Source of the DNA: Dehalococcoidia bacterium
GTDB taxonomy: Bacteria > Chloroflexota > Dehalococcoidia > Lucifugimonadales > UBA1127
DNA length: 32,000 bases
Direction of reading: 5' to 3'
Assembly (NCBI GenBank): GCA_965247615.1
Contig: OZ252022.1
Coordinates: 789,233 to 821,232, forward strand
Shown: piece after piece, positions 1 through 8,815 of the stretch
How positions within the stretch are numbered: the first letter of the stretch is position 1
How the letters are laid out: every line of letters starts with the position of its first letter
Notes under the pieces: generated by a model
What the model saw: only the letters and a program-made list of their open reading frames with translations
Told to the model about the DNA's origin: nothing
Databases searched by the model: none
Made by a program: the position numbers and the translations under genes

Positions 1-254
1 GTCGGCGGGTCGCGGCGGACCCCCCACGTTGGAGTGCCGCCGTACGTCGGCTTCGCCATGGCCATCGCTTCCGTCGCAGGTTTCTCCATCATCGCCTCGG
101 ACGTCGGCTCCGGCGCAGGCGCGGCCGCTGCCGGCGCCGGAGCCGGCACGGCGGGCGCCGGCGTCGACGTCTCTCCCTCGCCGCCCGCACACGCCAGCGC
201 CACTGTCAGCACCAGCGCCGCCGCGGCTCCCATTATTCGCTTATGAATCTCCAT
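1..254 (-). CDS. Solute-binding lipoprotein (ABC transporter family-5-like), N-terminal part; gene continues past the left edge
   Basis: Absent from the ORF track because it runs off the window. The reverse complement from ATG at 254 reads MEIHKRIMGAAAALVLTVALAC-AGGEGETSTPAP...KPTYGGTPTWGVRRDPP. This gives a signal peptide with lipobox LALAC, a Pro/Ala linker and a YGGT motif typical of the mature start of peptide/nickel-type binding proteins. AAGGAG (complement of 261-266) lies 6 nt upstream. Confidence 0.5.
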   Translation of the reverse strand, partial: MEIHKRIMGAAAALVLTVALACAGGEGETSTPAPAVPAPAPAAAAPAPEPTSEAMMEKPATEAMAMAKPTYGGTPTWGVRRDPP

Positions 255-368
255 CCTCTTCTCCTTACCTACCGTGTTCCGTCTGTGGGCCTACCCGCGC
301 CCGACTTCCGCTCACAGTGCGCTACTCAAACTCCCGCGTGGGGCGGGTTTCAAACCCGGCGCCCCGGC

Positions 369-1433
369 CTAGATGCCGTAGAACGCCCGGGGGTTGTCTT
401 CCAGGATCTTCTTCGTCACGCTCGGGCTCAGCCCGGAATCCTCCCGCAGAATCCGCAGCGCGTCCAGCTCCGCAGACCCGTCCGCGTGGCTGTAGTCCGA
501 CCCGATCATCAGGTTGTCCTCGAACCCCAGGTCGATCAGATAGGCCAGCGGGTCCTGTGTCTGACACGCCACAAAGAAGCGGTTGGCCTGCAGCAGCTCC
601 TGCTTCAGGTTGAACTGCTGCTGCCAGGACAGCCGTCGCTCCGCACCCGTCAAGGTGCTGATCATGAACGGGATCCATGACGCCGTGGCCTCGATGAAGC
701 CAAAGCGCAGGTCGGGAAACTTCTGCGGAACGTCGTTGGTGACCAGCGTGTGGAAGGCGTCCAGCACCGGCAGCGTGCTGTGCCACAGTCCAATGTTGCT
801 GCGGCTCACCGCCGAAAACTCCGGGAAACCCCGGCCCGTATGGAAGCAGATGGGCAGGTCCAGCTTGCTCGCCTCCTCATAGAGCGGGAAGAAGTAGGGG
901 TCGCTCGCCACCCGGTTCCCGCACTCCACACCCTTCTTGAACACCCCGCAGGCGCCGTTGGCCTTGGCGAAGTGCAGCTCCTCTATCGCCCGGTCCATGT
1001 CCAGCAGGGGGGCCATCGCCACCCAACGCAGCCGGCCGTTCCCCTCCTTCCACTTCGCCGCCAGCCACCGGTTGTACGCCCGGTACAGCCCCGCCTCCAC
1101 CTCACGCTTCGCCGTCACTGCGTCCAGGAACAGCGTCGTGTACATAACGTGGACGTCCACGCCCAGCTCGTCCATCTGCGCCAGCCGTGCCGGGATGTCC
1201 AGCAACTCCCGAGTCTTCGTCGTCGTCCCCGTCCGTTTGTCGTCCCGGATGCGGCGCAGACGCACCGCCCCGTCGATGAACCAGTACCGGTTGTACCCGG
1301 GGGGCAGGTTCACCGGCGCCTCAGACCCCTGCTGCAGCACCGTGGGCGGCTTCAGCCACCGGTCCACCTCATCCAGGTACTCCCACGTCTCGTCCGTCTC
1401 GTCGATATGCGTATCAGCATCGATCACCGTCAT
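369..1433 (-). CDS. Amidohydrolase-2 family metal-dependent hydrolase
   Basis: ORF 369-1442. N-terminus MTVIDADTHIDETDETWEYL and C-terminal GSDYSHAD are typical of the ACMSD/LigI-type amidohydrolase fold. I prefer ATG 1433 because GGGAGGGGA then sits 9 nt upstream; the GTG at 1442 abuts that SD. Confidence 0.85.
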   Translation of the reverse strand: MTVIDADTHIDETDETWEYLDEVDRWLKPPTVLQQGSEAPVNLPPGYNRYWFIDGAVRLRRIRDDKRTGTTTKTRELLDIPARLAQMDELGVDVHVMYTTLFLDAVTAKREVEAGLYRAYNRWLAAKWKEGNGRLRWVAMAPLLDMDRAIEELHFAKANGACGVFKKGVECGNRVASDPYFFPLYEEASKLDLPICFHTGRGFPEFSAVSRSNIGLWHSTLPVLDAFHTLVTNDVPQKFPDLRFGFIEATASWIPFMISTLTGAERRLSWQQQFNLKQELLQANRFFVACQTQDPLAYLIDLGFEDNLMIGSDYSHADGSAELDALRILREDSGLSPSVTKKILEDNPRAFYGI

Positions 1434-1517
1434 GCGGTTCACTCCCCTCCCGTAGCTTGCTCAGAGTCGGTGGTACATTCCAGAAAACGGAACAGACACA
1501 TCCTCATGTGCGCTGCG

Positions 1518-1526
1518 ATTATAGCA
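1518..1526 (-). promoter_or_regulatory. Extended -10 promoter element (TGcTATAAT) for the amidohydrolase gene
   Basis: The minus strand reads gTGcTATAATcgc about 85 nt upstream of the start, in the only AT-rich patch of the divergent intergenic region. No good -35 is present. Confidence 0.35.
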
Positions 1527-1639
1527 CTCTACCTTCAGAATACGAAATTAGTGGGGGATGAGATTCACGCGCCGCGGCCCTATACTATCCCCACCATCCC
1601 CCGCGGACCCGGAATCCAGAGCGGCGAGGCAGGAGGCCC

Positions 1640-2458
1640 GTGAGCGCCCAGGAGACTCCCCAATCCAGGACCATAGAGACCCATGGCCTGCGCCTCCACT
1701 ACCTTGACTGGGGCGGCGATGGCCTTCAGCCCATGCTCCTGCTCCACGGCCTCCAGGACTCCGCGCGCCTCTGGGACTTCTTCGCGGCCAACCTCCGGCA
1801 GAGCTACCGCGTCATGGCCCTCGACCACCGCGGCCACGGCGACAGCCCCTGGGCGCCCCCCGAAGCCTACAGGCTCGCCGACTACGTTGAAGAGCTTACC
1901 CAGGTCATCGAAGCCCTGGGCCTCCGGGACCTCGTCCTCATCGGCCACTCCGCCGGGGCCAAGAACGCCTTCATCTACGCCGCCCAGCGCCCGCAGCGGC
2001 TCTCCAAGCTCGTCATCGTCGACATGGACCCGGACCAGCACAACCCGGGCTCGGCCCAGATGCTCACCAGGTACCGCGCTGAGTCCGACGTCTATCCCAA
2101 CCTCGACGCCGTCGTCGACCGCCTCCGCTCCCGCGCACCCGGCGCGCCCCCGGACCTCCTGAGGCAACACGCCGTCGGCTTGACCCGGCCCCTCTCCGGC
2201 GGCGGCCTTACCTGGAAGCGCGACCGCAACGTCGTCGACCACTACGACCGCCCCGACGCCTGGTCCCACCTCCCCCGCATCTCCGTCCCCACCCTCATTG
2301 TCCGCGGCGCCGAAAGCACGCTTCTGCGCGCCGACGTGGCCCGCCGCATGCGGGACGCCATACCAGACTGCACTCTGGTGGAGCTGGAAGGCGGAGGCCA
2401 CTGGGCCCACCACGAGAGCCCCGACGCCTTCCAGCAGGCCGTCGAGGCTTTCCTGTAG
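1640..2458 (+). CDS. Alpha/beta-fold hydrolase
   Basis: Contains HGLQDS...W, the nucleophile elbow GHSAGA and a C-terminal GGHWAHHE. GTG start with AGGAGG 5 nt upstream. Confidence 0.85.
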   Translation: MSAQETPQSRTIETHGLRLHYLDWGGDGLQPMLLLHGLQDSARLWDFFAANLRQSYRVMALDHRGHGDSPWAPPEAYRLADYVEELTQVIEALGLRDLVLIGHSAGAKNAFIYAAQRPQRLSKLVIVDMDPDQHNPGSAQMLTRYRAESDVYPNLDAVVDRLRSRAPGAPPDLLRQHAVGLTRPLSGGGLTWKRDRNVVDHYDRPDAWSHLPRISVPTLIVRGAESTLLRADVARRMRDAIPDCTLVELEGGGHWAHHESPDAFQQAVEAFL

Positions 2459-2548
2459 GTAAGCCCCACGTGGACTGCGCCCCTCCACCCAGCGCGGCGG
2501 CTCCGGGGCGGCCGCTCACCCTGACGCACTCGAAGGGCGCGGGCGCGG

Positions 2549-3445
2549 TCAGAGCGCCGAGATGCCCGGCTGCCGCACCCGGACCGCGTACACGGACGTT
2601 CGCGCCGTCAGGAACAGCGTCCGGCGGTCCGCCTCGCCAAAGGCGCAGTTGGCCGGGATTTCCGGTAGGCGGATGACCCCCAGCTGCTCCCCATCGGGCC
2701 CAAAGACCCAGCACCCCCCGGGGCCGGTGCAGAACACGCGGCCCTGCGAGTCCACCTTCATGCCGTCGGGCACCCCTTCCTCCGCCGACGCCATGCTGGC
2801 GAACACCCGCCCGTTGCTCAGCGTCCCGTCCCCGAGCACGTCGAAGGCGCGAATGTAGCGGTGGTGGCACACTTCCCCACGCTCCTCCTCCTCGAAGCAG
2901 CCCTGGTCCCGGCGGCTGATGGCCACGTAGAGCACCCGCTCGTCCGGCGAAAACGCCAGCCCGTTGGGGTACTCGCACTCCCCCGTCGCCAGGCTGAGCC
3001 CCCCGTCCAAGGCGACGCGAAACACGCCGGACACGTCCAGCTCGCGCTGCTCCGGAGGGACCCGGCCGTTGGGGTCGGTGAAGTACACGCTGCCGTCGGA
3101 CCGGCACACCACGTCGTTGGGCCGGTTCAGCCGCTTGCCCTGCCACCCATCGGCCAACACCCCCCACCTGCCGTCGGCCTCCCGCCGGGTCACCCGCCGG
3201 TTGGCGCCCTCACACATCACCATGCGCCCCTGGCGGTCAAACGTCGTGCCGTTGCCCTCCCCCGTCTCTTCCCGCACAACGTCGACGCCCCCGCTCCGGC
3301 TCCACCGCAGCAGCAGACTTCGGCGAATGTCCACGAAGTAGAGAGACCCATCCGGGTGCCAGACGGGGCCTTCCGTGAAGACAAAGCCCGTGCCCAGGCG
3401 CTCCGGCTGATCGGATTCCAGGATCTCGGAGATCGATGTCGTCAT
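2549..3445 (-). CDS. SMP-30/gluconolactonase/LRE-family beta-propeller protein
   Basis: FTEGPVWHPDGSLYFVDI, NRPNDVV..DGSVYFTDP, PNGLAFSPDE and PDGMKVDSQGRVF repeats are diagnostic of the family. GGAGG SD is present. Confidence 0.85.
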   Translation of the reverse strand: MTTSISEILESDQPERLGTGFVFTEGPVWHPDGSLYFVDIRRSLLLRWSRSGGVDVVREETGEGNGTTFDRQGRMVMCEGANRRVTRREADGRWGVLADGWQGKRLNRPNDVVCRSDGSVYFTDPNGRVPPEQRELDVSGVFRVALDGGLSLATGECEYPNGLAFSPDERVLYVAISRRDQGCFEEEERGEVCHHRYIRAFDVLGDGTLSNGRVFASMASAEEGVPDGMKVDSQGRVFCTGPGGCWVFGPDGEQLGVIRLPEIPANCAFGEADRRTLFLTARTSVYAVRVRQPGISAL

Positions 3446-3583
3446 GGGACTGCCTCCATCTCTGGCTTGGTCTACGGAACATGCCCCGGTGCGCGCGCGG
3501 AGGGCGCGGGGGGCTCACCCCGGCCTCCCCGCCGCACTTTAGCATGGCGGAAACCGCGCAAACAAGGCGCGGCCCCAGGGAGC

Positions 3584-3609
3584 TTGACGCTGGCCTGCCC
3601 TCGTATTAC
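3584..3609 (+). promoter_or_regulatory. Possible promoter for the dienelactone hydrolase gene (TTGACG ... TATTAC)
   Basis: TTGACG lies at 3584-3589 and TATTAC at 3604-3609. The spacer is only 14 nt, which is suboptimal. Confidence 0.25.
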
Positions 3610-3669
3610 CCTTGCCTCTGTCCCCTCAGGCGGGGCGCCACAACTGGAAGTAGAGGAGGATAGCGGCCT

Positions 3670-4431
3670 ATGTATGAAGGAATGCTGGCGGAAACCGTTC
3701 GGATTCGAGGGCATGAGGGCGAAGAGATCAACGCCTACTCTGCCCGCCCGCTCGGCCCCGGTCCCTTCCCGGGCGTCGTCGTGATTCATCACATGCCGGG
3801 GTGGGACGAGTGGTGCAAAGAGGTTGCCCGCAAGTTCGCCTACCACGGCTACGCGGCCGTCCTTCCCGACCTGCACTACCGCGAGCGGCCCGACCCTGAG
3901 ACGTCCCACGATGAAGTCTCAGCCGCTGTCCGCGCTGCCGGCGGCGTCCCCGACGACCGCTGCATCGGCGACGTCCAGGGCGCCGTTGGCTACCTGCAGT
4001 CCCTGCCCACCCACAACGGCAAGGTTGGCGTCATCGGCTTCTGCTCCGGCGGGCGCCAGACCTACCTTGTCGCCTGCAACATCGCAGACTTTGACGCGGC
4101 CGTCGACTGCTGGGGCGGAGGCGTTACCGCCAAGGCGGCGGACCTCACCCCCGCCAACCCCGTCGCGCCCGTCGACATGACCCCCAACCTCGCCGGCCCC
4201 CTGCTCGGACTCTTTGGCAATGAGGACCAACGGCCCTCCCCACAGGACGTGAACGATACCGAGGAGGCCCTCAAGCAGGCGGGGAAGACCTACGAGTTTC
4301 ATCGCTACGACGGCGCGGGCCACGGCTTCTTCGCCACGGACCGCCCCGGCTATCGCCAGCACGCCGCTGTCGACGGCTGGGACAAGGTGCTTGCATGGTA
4401 CGCCAAGTACCTCCAGACGCCGGTGGCCTAG
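3670..4431 (+). CDS. Dienelactone hydrolase family protein
   Basis: Contains PGVVVIHHMPGWDEW, GVIGFCSGGRQ (nucleophile Cys motif) and YDGAGHGF. GAGGAGG SD lies upstream. Confidence 0.85.
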   Translation: MYEGMLAETVRIRGHEGEEINAYSARPLGPGPFPGVVVIHHMPGWDEWCKEVARKFAYHGYAAVLPDLHYRERPDPETSHDEVSAAVRAAGGVPDDRCIGDVQGAVGYLQSLPTHNGKVGVIGFCSGGRQTYLVACNIADFDAAVDCWGGGVTAKAADLTPANPVAPVDMTPNLAGPLLGLFGNEDQRPSPQDVNDTEEALKQAGKTYEFHRYDGAGHGFFATDRPGYRQHAAVDGWDKVLAWYAKYLQTPVA

Positions 4432-4492
4432 GCCGTCGGCGCCGGTTCCTAGCGCGCCTACCCGCGCAGACCGCTGACCGCTGACCGCAAAG

Positions 4493-4530
4493 GAAGGCGC
4501 CAGCCCATCGGATGGCGCCTTCTCTCGTCT
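4493..4530 (+). terminator. Rho-independent-type terminator hairpin after the dienelactone hydrolase gene
   Basis: Perfect 10-bp stem GAAGGCGCCA (4493-4502) / TGGCGCCTTC (4513-4522) with a 10-nt loop, followed by TCTCGTCTGTC. It lies in a convergent gap. Confidence 0.6.
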
Positions 4531-4565
4531 GTCGCGCCCCCTGCCCCGTGGGGCCCTGGCCCAGC

Positions 4566-5651
4566 CTACACGGCGATCAGTCCCGCCAGCATGGCCGCGT
4601 GGATGCCCTTGGAGATGGGAGCGAGCCCCGTGGCGATCATGGACCACGTGTCCCCGCCATCGGGGCTCCACAGCACCTCGCCGTCCGTCGTACCCGCGAA
4701 TAGGGAGAAGGCGCCCTCAGCCTCCTCCAGGCACATGGCCTCGATGTTGCCATGCAGTTCACGCGGGTACCCATTGGTCAGGACCTCCCAGCTGCGCCCG
4801 CCGTCGACGCTTCGCGCCACCTTGGCGTCGGCGGTCCCCGTGCGCCGCCAGGAGCGGGGCCCCGTGCGTGACGACGCGATTACCATAACGTCGGGGTTGC
4901 TCGGCAGGTACATCAGCTGATCGGGGTAGCCCCCCACCTCGTGCTGCCGGTCCATCCAGTGCTCCCAGCTGCTGCCGCCGTCCGACGTGACGTAGACACC
5001 GTCGCCGCCAGGCGCGAATATGCGATCGGGGTCCCGAGGGTCGATCACCGTCCGGTGCAGGTCCGGAGAGCGCACCGGCAGCTCCTCCCAGCTCTCGCCG
5101 GCGTCCGTGCTCCTCAGGAGCCCGCCGACCTCGATGCTCACGTACATCGTGCGGGCGTCCGCCGGGCTGAAGTTGATATGCTTGGCGTGCCCGCCGAACA
5201 GCTTGGTGGCGAAGCGCCAGGTCGGCGCCGACGGCACCGCGCGCAGGCTCGTGAACTCCTGCCAGCTCTGGCCCAGGTCGTCGCTGTAGAAGAGGTGGAC
5301 GGGCTCGGTGCCGGCGAAGAGCCTCGTGCGCCCGTTGACCCTCGCCGCGGCCAGGCTGTACACGTTGGTCTGGGTCAGGCCTTCATTGCGGGGCTCCCAG
5401 CTCCTGCCGCCGTCGGCGCTGACGTGTACGCCGCAGACGTTGTATCCGCCCGCGAACCAGAGGCCGCTCTCCCCCTCATGGAGCAGGGCCTGGATGTGAA
5501 AGTCCTCCAGCGCCTCGTGGGCCACGCGCCATCCCTGCGCCGCCCCGCCCTCCAGCAGCACGACGCCCCGCATCGTGCCCACCAACACCTCCGTCGACGG
5601 CTTTGCCGACGAGTACATGGTTGTGCCCCCGTGCGAGAGCCCAAGTGCCAT
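4566..5651 (-). CDS. BNR/Asp-box repeat beta-propeller protein (Ycf48/sialidase-like fold)
   Basis: Five S-x-D-x-G-x-S/T-W boxes: SADGGRSWE, STDAGESWE, TSDGGSSWE, SVDGGRSWE, SPDGGDTWS. AGGAGGTG SD lies 5 nt upstream. No signal peptide is present. Confidence 0.8.
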   Translation of the reverse strand: MALGLSHGGTTMYSSAKPSTEVLVGTMRGVVLLEGGAAQGWRVAHEALEDFHIQALLHEGESGLWFAGGYNVCGVHVSADGGRSWEPRNEGLTQTNVYSLAAARVNGRTRLFAGTEPVHLFYSDDLGQSWQEFTSLRAVPSAPTWRFATKLFGGHAKHINFSPADARTMYVSIEVGGLLRSTDAGESWEELPVRSPDLHRTVIDPRDPDRIFAPGGDGVYVTSDGGSSWEHWMDRQHEVGGYPDQLMYLPSNPDVMVIASSRTGPRSWRRTGTADAKVARSVDGGRSWEVLTNGYPRELHGNIEAMCLEEAEGAFSLFAGTTDGEVLWSPDGGDTWSMIATGLAPISKGIHAAMLAGLIAV

Positions 5652-5674
5652 GCGTCACCTCCTGCCTGTAGTCT

Positions 5675-5788
5675 CTAGATTCTTCGGTGGTGGGGGACCC
5701 GCTCCTTGTCTCCGCCGCAAGCCAGCACCGCCAGCGCCAGGACCGCCAGCGAGCCAAGGGCGAGAATCCGCACGGGCAACGACCGCAT
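5675..5788 (-). CDS. 37-codon mini-ORF encoding only a lipoprotein signal peptide
   Basis: Below the ORF-track cutoff. It reads MRSLPVRILALGSLAVLALAVLAC-GGDKERVPHHRRI*. The lipobox VLAC is followed by a stop 23 nt before the BNR gene, in a different frame. SD is weak. Confidence 0.25.
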   Translation of the reverse strand: MRSLPVRILALGSLAVLALAVLACGGDKERVPHHRRI

Positions 5789-5910
5789 GGCAATCCTGTC
5801 CGGGTGCGATAGAGGTTGGTTCTCCGCCGATGTCCGCATCGTCGCCGAGCGCAAGGAGCCGAAGAGCCCATCGTCGACAAGAACCCAGACGGGGAGCGTC
5901 CGGCGTCACA

Positions 5911-6225
5911 CTACCATATTGTAGTCTTACAGGAAAAGCCCGACGTCAACACCTGTCCTGCAACTCGCGGTGGGCTATCGTCCAACGGGATGGGGAGCAA
6001 GGTCTGGCTGCAGGTCCAGAACGAACCGCAAGGTGAAGTTTCTAAAGTTGTTAAGTTTGCTAAAGTGTGTACGGACACGGAATCTTCCGTAATGGGCTCA
6101 CTTTCAATGGGTATAGCCAGCGTGATGTCCACGTTGTCGTTCCTGTGGACGATGACCTCATCCACGACCATCTGCAGGATCTCCTTTCGCTGCTCGGGGG
6201 TCGATGTAAAGGGCGGAGTAATATG
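5911..6225 (-). pseudogene. C-terminal remnant of a large serine recombinase
   Basis: The minus frame reads ..FTSTPEQRKEILQMVVDEVIVHRNDNVDITLAIPIESEP... This matches the conserved tail of large serine recombinases (..ATFEQKRQLVELLIDRVIVTxGxVEIRYVIPT..) as I recall it. No resolvase catalytic or recombinase domain lies upstream. The GC drop begins here. Confidence 0.45.
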
Positions 6226-6247
6226 GACCGGCGAGGCGGGTGTGAAG

Positions 6248-6388
6248 GATGTACAAGGTGGAACTGTACGTTCGGGTGCGCCGGGCCTGCATGGTGGAGG
6301 GGATGAGCACTCAGGAGGCTGCCCGGGTGTTCGGTCTGCACCGGGACACGGTGGGCAAGATGCTGGAGTACTCGGCGCCGGAGGGCTG
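6248..6388 (+). pseudogene. N-terminal (HTH) remnant of an IS21-family IstA transposase
   Basis: Below the ORF-track cutoff. It reads MYKVELYVRVRRACMVEGMSTQEAARVFGLHRDTVGKMLEYSAPEG*, the characteristic IstA N-terminus, ending after 46 codons. No remainder of istA or istB follows. Confidence 0.7.
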
Positions 6389-6687
6389 AGGGCTTGTTAT
6401 TGTAATAAGAAATCTTCGCTGAGCTGCGGTAACATCGTCTGATCTCGAAAGCCTGGCACTGGCCTACCATGCTGCGAGTACCAGCTAGCCGGGTTTGAGC
6501 TTCCCACTAAGCGGACGTGGAGACCGTGGAAGACCGGTTGCGCCGGGAAGGGTTGGTGAAGCGTCAACGGATTCTCCCTGCGTCCGGCTGGTGCTGAGAA
6601 GCAGGCTGGTTAGATTAGAGTGGATCCTGAATAGCGACAATCCCTCACGTCATCCAGTTCTCGAAAGGAGGCGGAGGGGGAGGCAAA

Positions 6688-6867
6688 ATGACCCTGAGCA
6701 GACCGCCGGCGGCGGAACACTACCCGGCAGCGGGACAGACAGGGAAACCCATGTGCGGCTCCCTGCCCAGGAACAGCGAGCAAACCTTCAGGGAACCCCC
6801 CGGGAACGATTCCGGCATCCGGGAGAGGAACTGCGGGAGATGCATCATCGTCCTGAAACAGACCTGA
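6688..6867 (+). CDS. Hypothetical 59-aa Cys-containing small protein
   Basis: Below the ORF-track cutoff. GAAAGGAGGCGGAGGGGGAGG precedes the ATG. Product is MTLSRPPAAEHYPAAGQTGKPMCGSLPRNSEQTFREPPGNDSGIRERNCGRCIIVLKQT. I recognise no family. Confidence 0.25.
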   Translation: MTLSRPPAAEHYPAAGQTGKPMCGSLPRNSEQTFREPPGNDSGIRERNCGRCIIVLKQT

Positions 6868-6957
6868 AGAGATCGCCCGGGCGATCCAGTGGTTCACGGA
6901 ATCGGATCCCGCCTAGGATATTGCCCCGGCTGCTCCAGACATGATCGTGAGGTATCA

Positions 6958-7641
6958 ATGAATCCTTGGCAGTTGATCGGCCGGGCCCAAACCCCTGGCG
7001 GAGGAGCGGAGCTCGTTTTGTACCAACGTGACTCTGAGTTCTCGCTCAGAGCGGATAACCTGGAACTCATGAACAGCTGGGTTTATGGGTCAGAAGAAGC
7101 CATGGCCAGACTGGGCTGTCAGAACTTGGCAAAACGGCCGAGGGCTCGCGTTCTGATTGGCGGTCTGGGAATGGGCTACTCGGTGAGAACGGCGCTGGAC
7201 ATCCTTGGCGAGGATGCCCGGGTGGTGGTCGCGGAGCTGGTGCCAGCCGTGGTTGAATGGAACCGGGGAGTGCTTGCCGATTTGGCCGGCCGACCTCTTG
7301 ACGACCGCCGGACTGAACTCCATGAAGCCGACGTTATCCAGTTGATAACGGCCGCCGGAGGTGACTACGATGCCATCATGCTTGATGTCGACAATGGCGC
7401 GGAGGCGATGGTCCGAAAGGGCAACAACTGGCTTTACAGCCTGCCGGGGCTGATCGCCACCTACGCGGCGTTGCGGCGCGGCGGGGTATTGGCGATATGG
7501 TCTGCCGGTTCTCAACCGCCATTCGTCAGACGTTTGCGCCGTGCCGGTTTCGAGGTGGATGAAGTCAAGGTGCGGGCGCGTGGTGGAAGCAGCCGCAAGG
7601 GAGGCGCACATCATGTCGTCTGGATTGCCACGCGCGGTTGA
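6958..7641 (+). CDS. Spermidine-synthase-like (PABS-fold) class I SAM-dependent methyltransferase family protein
   Basis: Internal ATG of ORF 6889-7641 with GTGAGG SD. Motifs are ELMNSWVYGSEEAMA, the SAM motif I VLIGGLGMGYS, DAIMLDVDN and GGVLAIWS. Confidence 0.7.
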   Translation: MNPWQLIGRAQTPGGGAELVLYQRDSEFSLRADNLELMNSWVYGSEEAMARLGCQNLAKRPRARVLIGGLGMGYSVRTALDILGEDARVVVAELVPAVVEWNRGVLADLAGRPLDDRRTELHEADVIQLITAAGGDYDAIMLDVDNGAEAMVRKGNNWLYSLPGLIATYAALRRGGVLAIWSAGSQPPFVRRLRRAGFEVDEVKVRARGGSSRKGGAHHVVWIATRG

Positions 7642-7833
7642 TGGAGGACAGCGTTGAATGGTGCTGGCGAATTGGCCTATCACATGCCGAATGCCGCCGA
7701 GACAGTTGAGGCTCCATACACTGCGGCTGAGCGCCTTACCTTTCTTCCGCAGCCTGTTAGGATACCCGCTGACGAACTGAGCGTCCGATCATGCATCGAA
7801 CCGCATCGCGGGGGCATTTCAGGAGGAAAGTCA

Positions 7834-8568
7834 ATGTCTGCTAAGTTCAGACAACGCCACATGAGAGTGATGGAGTTGAACGAAAACGACGTTGCATCTC
7901 AGATACGAATGAACCATGGCCGTGAGCTTGAAGTTGTCGATGCCGCCCTCGATCAGATTCTCCAAGGCTTAGATGCTTTCGCCTATGTGAAGCAACGACC
8001 AGATAGCCGACTGGAAGATGCCCAAATGTTCCTTGCCGTGAGAAGTTTCAATTCACTGCACATTGCCAGACAGTTATTGGAACGCGGCTACTACCAGCAG
8101 GCGTCGGCACTGGTACGGATGGTCATGGAGGACCAGCTTGTTGCAGAAGACGCAGAAACCCATCCTCCAACGTTGGACGCGCTACTCGATGATAAAGGAT
8201 CTATCAGCAGTGGAGACCTGACCTACGGCAAAATGGCTGAACGAATTTCACCCGAAGCCAAAAAAGCGTGGGATGAGAAATACGGAGACCTCAGCGAAAG
8301 AGCCGCACACCCACGGCGTCTAAGCCTGTTGTTTCTCACAACTGTACGGCGGACTGTACGCCCTGGTGGTCACTACGATGAAGTACAAGTGAAGTTGACG
8401 TTCCTCTATCTCCTAGAGCAACTTGGGCAGGTGCTACGTACAGTTGGTCTCCTGACAGCGAATGTAGAAAGCCCTTGGGCTGAAGGAGCTAGGCCGGCAC
8501 TCAGGGATATGACGGCTCTCTATCGAGAAATAGTTGAGTGGTTTGAACGGAAAGTACAGGTGGATTGA
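7834..8568 (+). CDS. Hypothetical protein, DUF5677-like helical protein
   Basis: Internal ATG of ORF 7654-8568 with a perfect AGGAGG 7 nt upstream. Lower GC than the flanks. The pattern AVRSFNSLHIARQLLERGYYQQASALVRMVMED ... YGDLSERAAHP resembles DUF5677 as I recall it. This assignment is tentative. Confidence 0.55.
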   Translation: MSAKFRQRHMRVMELNENDVASQIRMNHGRELEVVDAALDQILQGLDAFAYVKQRPDSRLEDAQMFLAVRSFNSLHIARQLLERGYYQQASALVRMVMEDQLVAEDAETHPPTLDALLDDKGSISSGDLTYGKMAERISPEAKKAWDEKYGDLSERAAHPRRLSLLFLTTVRRTVRPGGHYDEVQVKLTFLYLLEQLGQVLRTVGLLTANVESPWAEGARPALRDMTALYREIVEWFERKVQVD

Positions 8569-8749
8569 ACACGTATCCCTAGGCATTGACATCACGTCGG
8601 TGGGAGAAAATGAATGTTGAGACTTGTCAGGAGGTGGCTGGCGAGTTGGGGAGTGACCGAAGAAGAACGTCTGGCTGGGGCGAGTGCGGGCCCAGGGCGC
8701 GGAGGCGGGGGCCGGTCCGTGGTTCGACACAGTCACGCGGACGATATCG

Positions 8750-8815
8750 TCCAGTTGACAGGGATCGAACCAGTCATGAGGGAGACGACTCATCTATCCC
8801 GGCTCGTCTAGCTCA
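8750..8815 (-). other. tRNA-like fragment (T-arm only), possible att-site remnant
   Basis: The minus strand contains ACTGG-TTCGATC-CCTGT (GGTTCGATCC T-loop signature) preceded by an ATGAG/CTCAT hairpin. No complementary 5' acceptor strand, no proper 7-nt anticodon loop and no D-arm are present. Confidence 0.2.

Noticed and set aside
326-368. Hairpin CGGGTTT-C-AAACCCG downstream of the amidohydrolase stop, as a terminator
   Set aside because: The stem leaves essentially no loop unless it is shortened to about 5 bp. No T-tract follows on the minus strand. The next gene starts about 115 nt downstream of the stop (ATG at 254) with its own SD, so read-through is as likely.
6500-6690. Riboswitch-like strings upstream of the mini-ORF and methyltransferase: GGGAAGGGTTGGTGAAG (cobalamin-like), GGTGCTGAGAAGC...CCTGA (TPP-like) and, inside the mini-ORF at about 6778-6784, GCAAACC (c-di-GMP-I-like)
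   Set aside because: The defining elements are missing in each case. There is no GCCACTG B12 box. There is no ACCC...CCUGAUCUGG...AGGGA arrangement or P1 pairing for TPP. There is no ACGCAAAGC for GEMM. The similarities are short and expected by chance in GC-rich DNA. Only a covariance-model scan could revive this idea.
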